DNA of 64,000 nucleotides from Bacilli bacterium (GTDB lineage Bacteria; Bacillota_I; Bacilli_A; RFN20; CAG-449): NCBI GenBank assembly GCA_900755065.1, contig CAAEFC010000006.1, positions 31,828 to 95,827 of the forward strand, read 5' to 3'. Shown piece by piece: positions 59,028 to 64,000 of this stretch (position 1 is its first letter; each line of letters starts with the position of its first letter). The notes under the pieces were generated by a model. It saw only the letters and a program-made list of their open reading frames with translations, ran no database searches and was not told where the DNA came from. The position numbers and the translations under genes were made by a program.

Positions 59028-59866
59028 AGAAATTATTCAGAAATCCGAAAAAAATCGTTCATGTCGTTCTGACGTATCTCGTTCTGATCGCGGTGGCGTT
59101 TGTCTTCCTGTTTCCGATCCTCTGGCTGGTGCTGGCGTCGTTTTCCAAGTCGGGGTCTTTGTACTCGTTCAAGGGTTTCTTTCCGAGCGAATACAGCCTG
59201 GATACCTTCGTGAAACTGTTCACCGACACGGAAATGTACGATTATCCGCGGTGGTTTGTCAACACGCTGTTCATCGCCGTCATGAGTGCATTGATCGGAA
59301 CGTTTCTCACGATTCTCACGGCGTACTGCATGTCGCGTTTCCGTTTCAAAACGAGAAAGGCGATCATGAAGACGACTCTGCTTTTGGGTATGTTTCCTTC
59401 GTTCATGACGATGACAGCCGTCTATCTGCTCTGCACGCAGTTCAATCTCGTCAACCAGCAATGGGGACTGATTCTCATCTATTCCGCCGGCGCGCCGATG
59501 GGATATCTGACGCAGAAAGGCTTTTTCGATACGATTTCCATTTCCATCGACGAAGCGGCGCGGATCGACGGGGCGTCGAATTTCGATATCTTCGCGCGGA
59601 TCACGCTTCCGTTAGCCAAACCGATGATCGTCTATACGTTGCTTTCGTCGTTCGTATGGCCGTGGAGCGATTTCATTCTGCCGAAATTGCTTTTGAAGAA
59701 CAAGGAACTGTACACCGTCGCCGTGGGGCTGATGTCGCTCGACAATACGGAATTCGCCCGTTTCGCGGCGGGATCGGTCTTCATCGCGGTGCCGATCGTG
59801 ATTTTCTACTTCGCGCTTTCCAAATTCCTGATCAGCGGTCTCTCCGCGGGCGCGGTCAAACAATAA
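59024..59866 (+). CDS. sugar ABC transporter permease (MalG-like)
   Basis: IDEAARIDGASNFDIFARITLPLAKP. Confidence 0.8.
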   Translation: MKKLFRNPKKIVHVVLTYLVLIAVAFVFLFPILWLVLASFSKSGSLYSFKGFFPSEYSLDTFVKLFTDTEMYDYPRWFVNTLFIAVMSALIGTFLTILTAYCMSRFRFKTRKAIMKTTLLLGMFPSFMTMTAVYLLCTQFNLVNQQWGLILIYSAGAPMGYLTQKGFFDTISISIDEAARIDGASNFDIFARITLPLAKPMIVYTLLSSFVWPWSDFILPKLLLKNKELYTVAVGLMSLDNTEFARFAAGSVFIAVPIVIFYFALSKFLISGLSAGAVKQ

Positions 59867-59896
59867 ACGCATTCTTTTGCAAAAGGAGGAAAAAAG

Positions 59897-61798
59897 ATGG
59901 CAAAAATCAGCATGAAACACCTGTATAAGGTGTATCCGAACGGGACGAAAGCGGTCAACGATTTCGATATGCAGATCGAAGACAGGGAATTCATCGTCTT
60001 CGTCGGACCTTCCGGATGCGGCAAATCGACGACGTTACGCATGATCGCCGGATTGGAAGAAATCACCGCGGGCGAATTGAAAATCGGCGATGTCGTGGTG
60101 AACGGGCTGGAACCTAAGGACCGGGATATCGCGATGGTGTTTCAGAATTACGCGCTGTACCCGCATATGACGATCTACGACAACATCGCTTTCGGTCTGG
60201 AAATGCGGAAGACGCCGAAAAAAGAAATCGACCGGCGCGTTCACGAAGCGGCGGCCTTGCTTGGCATCACCGAGTATTTGCGGAAAAAACCGAAAGAGAT
60301 GTCCGGCGGACAGCGCCAGAGAGTGGCGCTAGGACGGGCGATCGTCCGGGAACCGAAGGTCATGCTTCTGGACGAACCGCTTTCCAATCTCGACGCCAAA
60401 CTGCGCACGCAGATGCGAAGCGAAATCGTGAAGTTGCATAAAAAACTCGGAACCACTTTCATCTACGTTACCCACGATCAGGTCGAGGCCATGACGATGG
60501 GAACAAGGATCGTCGTCATGAAAGACGGATTCATCAAGCAAATCGACACGCCGAAGAATCTGTACAAATATCCGGCCAATCAATTCGTCGCCGGGTTCAT
60601 CGGCACGCCGCAGATGAATTTCTTTGAAGTGACGCTGAAAAAGGACGGGGATTCGGTTCTCATCGATTTTGCGCATTCGGAAGCGAAAATCCGCGTGCCG
60701 TACAGAGCGATGACGAAGGTTCCGCCGGAGTACCTGCAAGGGACGAAACCGGCAACGATCGGCTTCCGCGCGGAGGACATTTCGCTCGATCCTGAAAAAG
60801 TCAAGGCAAGCCGGGCGTGCATTCCTGTCCGCATTTCGCATACGGAGGAATTGGGAACCGAAACGCTGGTCTACGGCGATATCGACCTGTCGAACGACGA
60901 TTTCGGCGAATCGAACACCCGCGTGATCGTCAAGGCGGCGGGGTTCAACGACTATGAATCGGGCGCGGTTCTGGAAGCGGCTTTCGATCTGAACGCCATG
61001 CATCTTTTCGATCGGGTTACGGAAGAAAGCATTCTTCCGCGAATCCCCGAATACAACGCGATCGAAGCGACGGTGAAAGACGGAACCCTGATTTTCGCCG
61101 GAATTCCAATCCGCCTTCCGCCTGCGATGTCCTGCACGGACGGGGAGTGCGAAGGAATTTTCCCGGTTTCCGCCGTGAATCTGAACGGAGACATTCCCGC
61201 GAAAGTCGTCGGTTCGGAGAACGTCAACGGACAGTTTTCAGTGTCTCTCGATCTTGACGGAATCCCGCTGTTCGCTCTGTCCGAACGCGCGGTCAGCGAA
61301 GAAGTTCTTTCCATCGGCATCGATTTCAAGCAGTTGACGATCAAACGCGAGGGAAAAACGCTTGTGGAACGGCTTCCGTCCGTCAACCGTCTGTACGGAA
61401 CGTTTGAAATGGAAAAAGCCGTCGAAACGGTGCAGATCAACGGAAAGAAAAAGAAGAAAAAGACGCAACGCTATTTCTTCGTGATCGGCGACGGGAAATT
61501 CGCCGTTCCGGAGGAAACGGCACGGAAAATGTGCGCGGCGTTTTCGGGAAGGAAGGTCTTCAATACGTCGTTCCGTTTTGAAGGATCGCCTTACGACATC
61601 GCCGTCGGCGAATGCGGAATCACCGCCGAAGTCGTGGAAACCCTCGATTACGGCGCGGAGAAGTTTCTGAAATGCCGCGTCGGTGAAGAAATCTGCTACG
61701 TGTATACGGAAAAGGCCGTCGAGGGCGTGATCCGGCTTGTTCCGAATATCGATACGATCCGCGTCGTGGAACGTCAGAGAGAAATCCGCATCGTCTAG
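59897..61798 (+). CDS. MsmX/MalK-type sugar ABC ATPase with ~260-aa C-terminal extension
   Basis: GPSGCGKSTTLRMIAGLE, LSGGQRQRVALGRA, MLLDEPLSNLDAKLR. The tail beyond the usual ~370 aa contains additional TOBE-like beta segments. Confidence 0.8.
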   Translation: MAKISMKHLYKVYPNGTKAVNDFDMQIEDREFIVFVGPSGCGKSTTLRMIAGLEEITAGELKIGDVVVNGLEPKDRDIAMVFQNYALYPHMTIYDNIAFGLEMRKTPKKEIDRRVHEAAALLGITEYLRKKPKEMSGGQRQRVALGRAIVREPKVMLLDEPLSNLDAKLRTQMRSEIVKLHKKLGTTFIYVTHDQVEAMTMGTRIVVMKDGFIKQIDTPKNLYKYPANQFVAGFIGTPQMNFFEVTLKKDGDSVLIDFAHSEAKIRVPYRAMTKVPPEYLQGTKPATIGFRAEDISLDPEKVKASRACIPVRISHTEELGTETLVYGDIDLSNDDFGESNTRVIVKAAGFNDYESGAVLEAAFDLNAMHLFDRVTEESILPRIPEYNAIEATVKDGTLIFAGIPIRLPPAMSCTDGECEGIFPVSAVNLNGDIPAKVVGSENVNGQFSVSLDLDGIPLFALSERAVSEEVLSIGIDFKQLTIKREGKTLVERLPSVNRLYGTFEMEKAVETVQINGKKKKKKTQRYFFVIGDGKFAVPEETARKMCAAFSGRKVFNTSFRFEGSPYDIAVGECGITAEVVETLDYGAEKFLKCRVGEEICYVYTEKAVEGVIRLVPNIDTIRVVERQREIRIV

Positions 61799-61907
61799 CA
61801 AACGAAGACGGACAAGACCGGCATCGACGAAAGAGGGATAAAGGTATCCCTTTTTTCGTACGGAACGTGCATAATGGGAATATCCATTTATAAGGAGAAA
61901 GAAACTT

Positions 61908-62957
61908 ATGGCGGAAGACAAGACGAAAAAAACGGATCGGCGATCCGATCGTCCTTTGCTTTTGGCGTGCGATTTGCGCGGTTGTCCGAATCGGTGCAAG
62001 CACTGTTGGCTTGGCGATCTTCCGAATCAGCCGATGCAAGCGGGCGACGATGAAGCGATCGTCTCCTGTTTTGAACCATATTTCCGGAAAATCGCCTTTT
62101 ACAGTTGGCTTCGCGAACCGGATTTTACCGACGATTATCGCGCGCGGTGGGAAAAAGACCGCCGTTTATCGCGCGGAATCGAGCCGCGCCGTTTTGAACT
62201 GGCCTCCTTTTACCGGATCGTCCGCGACCCGGAATACGTGAAATTTCTCAAAGACGTCGGCACGAAGAAAGTGCAGTTGACTTTTTTCGGCCTGAAAGAA
62301 ACGACCGATCGTTACGTGGGAAGAAAGGGCGCGTTCGACGAATTGATCCGCGCCGGCGAAATTCTGATCGAAAACGGGATTGCGCCGCGCTGGCAGGTTT
62401 TCATCAACGAGGAAAACAAGAAAGAGGTCGTCCGCCTGATCGCTCTTGCGAAACAAAAGGAACTCTTTTCGCGTTGCGCGGGCTTTTCGCTTTTCGTTCA
62501 CGAGGGAAGTTGCGACGGAAACAATCGGAATCTGTACGATATCCGGATTCAGAAAGCGCATGTCCCCGACGAAGTCAGACCCTACTATCTCGATTTTGAA
62601 AACGCGCTCAGCGAAAGAGAGTGCGTCCGCATGCTGAAAGAGAGCGAAGCGCGTTTCGTTCCGCACAACGGGGAAGAAATCGTTCTCAACATTACTTCGG
62701 ACGGGAATGTGTATTTCAACTTCACCGCGCCTTCTCCGTTATGGAAAATCGGAAACTTCCGCGAAGACGAAGCCGGCGAAATGGTTCGCCGCATTCTCGA
62801 AGAGGACGTTCCGGCGCTGAGACTGGCGCGCTCGGTATCGTTAAAAGAACTGGTCCGGCGCTTCGGAAGAGAAGATTCCGATCGGATTTTCAGCCTCGAC
62901 GACTATCAGATGTATCTGCTCAATGAATTTCTGGAAGAGGAAAGCCGAAAGCGGTAG
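61908..62957 (+). CDS. radical SAM domain protein
   Basis: CPNRCKHC (CX3CX2C). No SPASM-like Cys cluster seen. Confidence 0.5.
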   Translation: MAEDKTKKTDRRSDRPLLLACDLRGCPNRCKHCWLGDLPNQPMQAGDDEAIVSCFEPYFRKIAFYSWLREPDFTDDYRARWEKDRRLSRGIEPRRFELASFYRIVRDPEYVKFLKDVGTKKVQLTFFGLKETTDRYVGRKGAFDELIRAGEILIENGIAPRWQVFINEENKKEVVRLIALAKQKELFSRCAGFSLFVHEGSCDGNNRNLYDIRIQKAHVPDEVRPYYLDFENALSERECVRMLKESEARFVPHNGEEIVLNITSDGNVYFNFTAPSPLWKIGNFREDEAGEMVRRILEEDVPALRLARSVSLKELVRRFGREDSDRIFSLDDYQMYLLNEFLEEESRKR

Positions 62958-63065
62958 GACGCTTTTGAAAGATTTTCCTTTATTTTTAAAATTATGTTAG
63001 CAATTGCTAACTGAATGCGTTATGCTTTCCTTAGCGGAAGAAAAATCCGTAAAGGAGGTTGGGGT

Positions 63066-64000
63066 ATGAAGAAAAAAGGAAATCTGAGCGAGTTGATGTC
63101 CTTTGCCGGAAAGCATCGGTTTCTGACATACGCGTCGGGATTGCTGTCGGTGATCAGCGCGCTTCTGGCGTTGGTGCCGTTCGTCTTTCTTTTTCTGATC
63201 GTCAAGGAAGTCATCGAAGTCGCACCCGATTTTTCATTGGCGGAGAACGTCGTTCTCTACGGTGGATTGGCCGTTGCCTTCGCTCTGGGATCGATCATCG
63301 TCTATTTCGGCGCGTTGATGTGTTCGCATCTTTCGGCATTCCGGATCGCCGGGAATATGCGGAAAGCGATGATGAAGAAGATCGACGAACTGCCGTTGGG
63401 ATTCATTCAGGAAGAAGGAAGCGGAAAGATCAGACGGATCGTCAGCGATTCGAGCAAGGCGACGGAGACTTATCTCGCCCATCAACTTCCGGATATGGCG
63501 GGGGCGATCGCGACGCCGATCGGCATGATCGCGCTGTTGTTCGTCTTCGACTGGCGGTTCGGATTGGTCTCTTTGCTTCCGTTTCTTTTCGGATTCGCCA
63601 CGATGTTCAAGATGACCGGACCTCAGATGGCGAAGGATATGCGGAATTATCAGAACGCATTGGGGGACATGAACAACGAAGCGGTCGAATACGTCCGGGG
63701 AATTCCGGTGGTGAAAGTTTTCAATCAGACCGTGCATTCGTTCAGGCAATTCAAGGCTTCGATCGACAATTACGATCGGTTCTGCGTCGCCTACACGAAA
63801 AAGTGCCGGTTGCCGATGCTCTTTTTCACCACATTCATCAACAGCGCGTTTGCTTTTCTGATCGCTTTCGTTCTGATTCTGGCCGACGGTCAGGCGATCG
63901 GAGAAAACGTGCTGATGAATTTCATTTTTTACGTCCTTTTCACGCCGATCATTTCGACGGCGCTGACGAAAATCATGTACATGAGCGAAAACGGCATGAT
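63066..64000 (+). CDS. ABC exporter transmembrane domain protein (type-I exporter fold), 3' end outside window
   Basis: RBS AAAGGAGG. Six predicted TM segments. Not in the ORF track because there is no stop within the window. Confidence 0.55.
   Translation, partial: MKKKGNLSELMSFAGKHRFLTYASGLLSVISALLALVPFVFLFLIVKEVIEVAPDFSLAENVVLYGGLAVAFALGSIIVYFGALMCSHLSAFRIAGNMRKAMMKKIDELPLGFIQEEGSGKIRRIVSDSSKATETYLAHQLPDMAGAIATPIGMIALLFVFDWRFGLVSLLPFLFGFATMFKMTGPQMAKDMRNYQNALGDMNNEAVEYVRGIPVVKVFNQTVHSFRQFKASIDNYDRFCVAYTKKCRLPMLFFTTFINSAFAFLIAFVLILADGQAIGENVLMNFIFYVLFTPIISTALTKIMYMSENGM

Overview
This 64-kb window comes from a Gram-positive-type genome (lipobox lipoproteins, UvrX/YolD pair, MsmX-type sugar transport). 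It has two very different parts.

Positions ~1,900-24,300 form a mosaic accessory region. An AT-rich cargo island (~1,900-8,400) encodes two secreted papain-like (C10/streptopain-like motif) cysteine peptidases, a small lipoprotein and a secreted protein with an internal tandem duplication. It also holds remnants of at least two large-serine-recombinase elements. A ~12.3-kb integrative mobilizable element (10,336-22,620) is inserted in-frame into the resolvase-domain coding region of another serine recombinase gene. That element carries TnpV, an operon of excisionase-like HTH, a multi-domain UvrD-like helicase and a primase-like protein, an array of TGAGGGG-core repeats, an intact large serine recombinase, DUF3847 and a MobA relaxase disrupted by a 7-bp tandem duplication.

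The rest (24,300-64,000) is GC-rich core genome. It contains a Nudix hydrolase, a Big_2 surface protein, enolase overlapping a UvrX-like Y-family polymerase plus YolD, and an Endonuclease-I family lipoprotein. A tightly coupled aromatic amino-acid supraoperon follows (aroB, aroC, fused aroE-aroK, aroQ, aroF, aroA, tyrA, nudix, chorismate mutase). Next come a U32 peptidase, an ABC transporter, a tRNA cluster (fMet, Asp, Phe) followed by a small Bro-N mini-island flanked by ~100-bp direct repeats, and a maltodextrin-type locus (LacI, GH13, MalEFG-like, extended MsmX, frameshifted multi-repeat lipoprotein). The window ends with a radical SAM protein and a partial ABC exporter.

No CRISPR array was seen. 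Many long antisense ORFs in the GC-rich part are treated as spurious.
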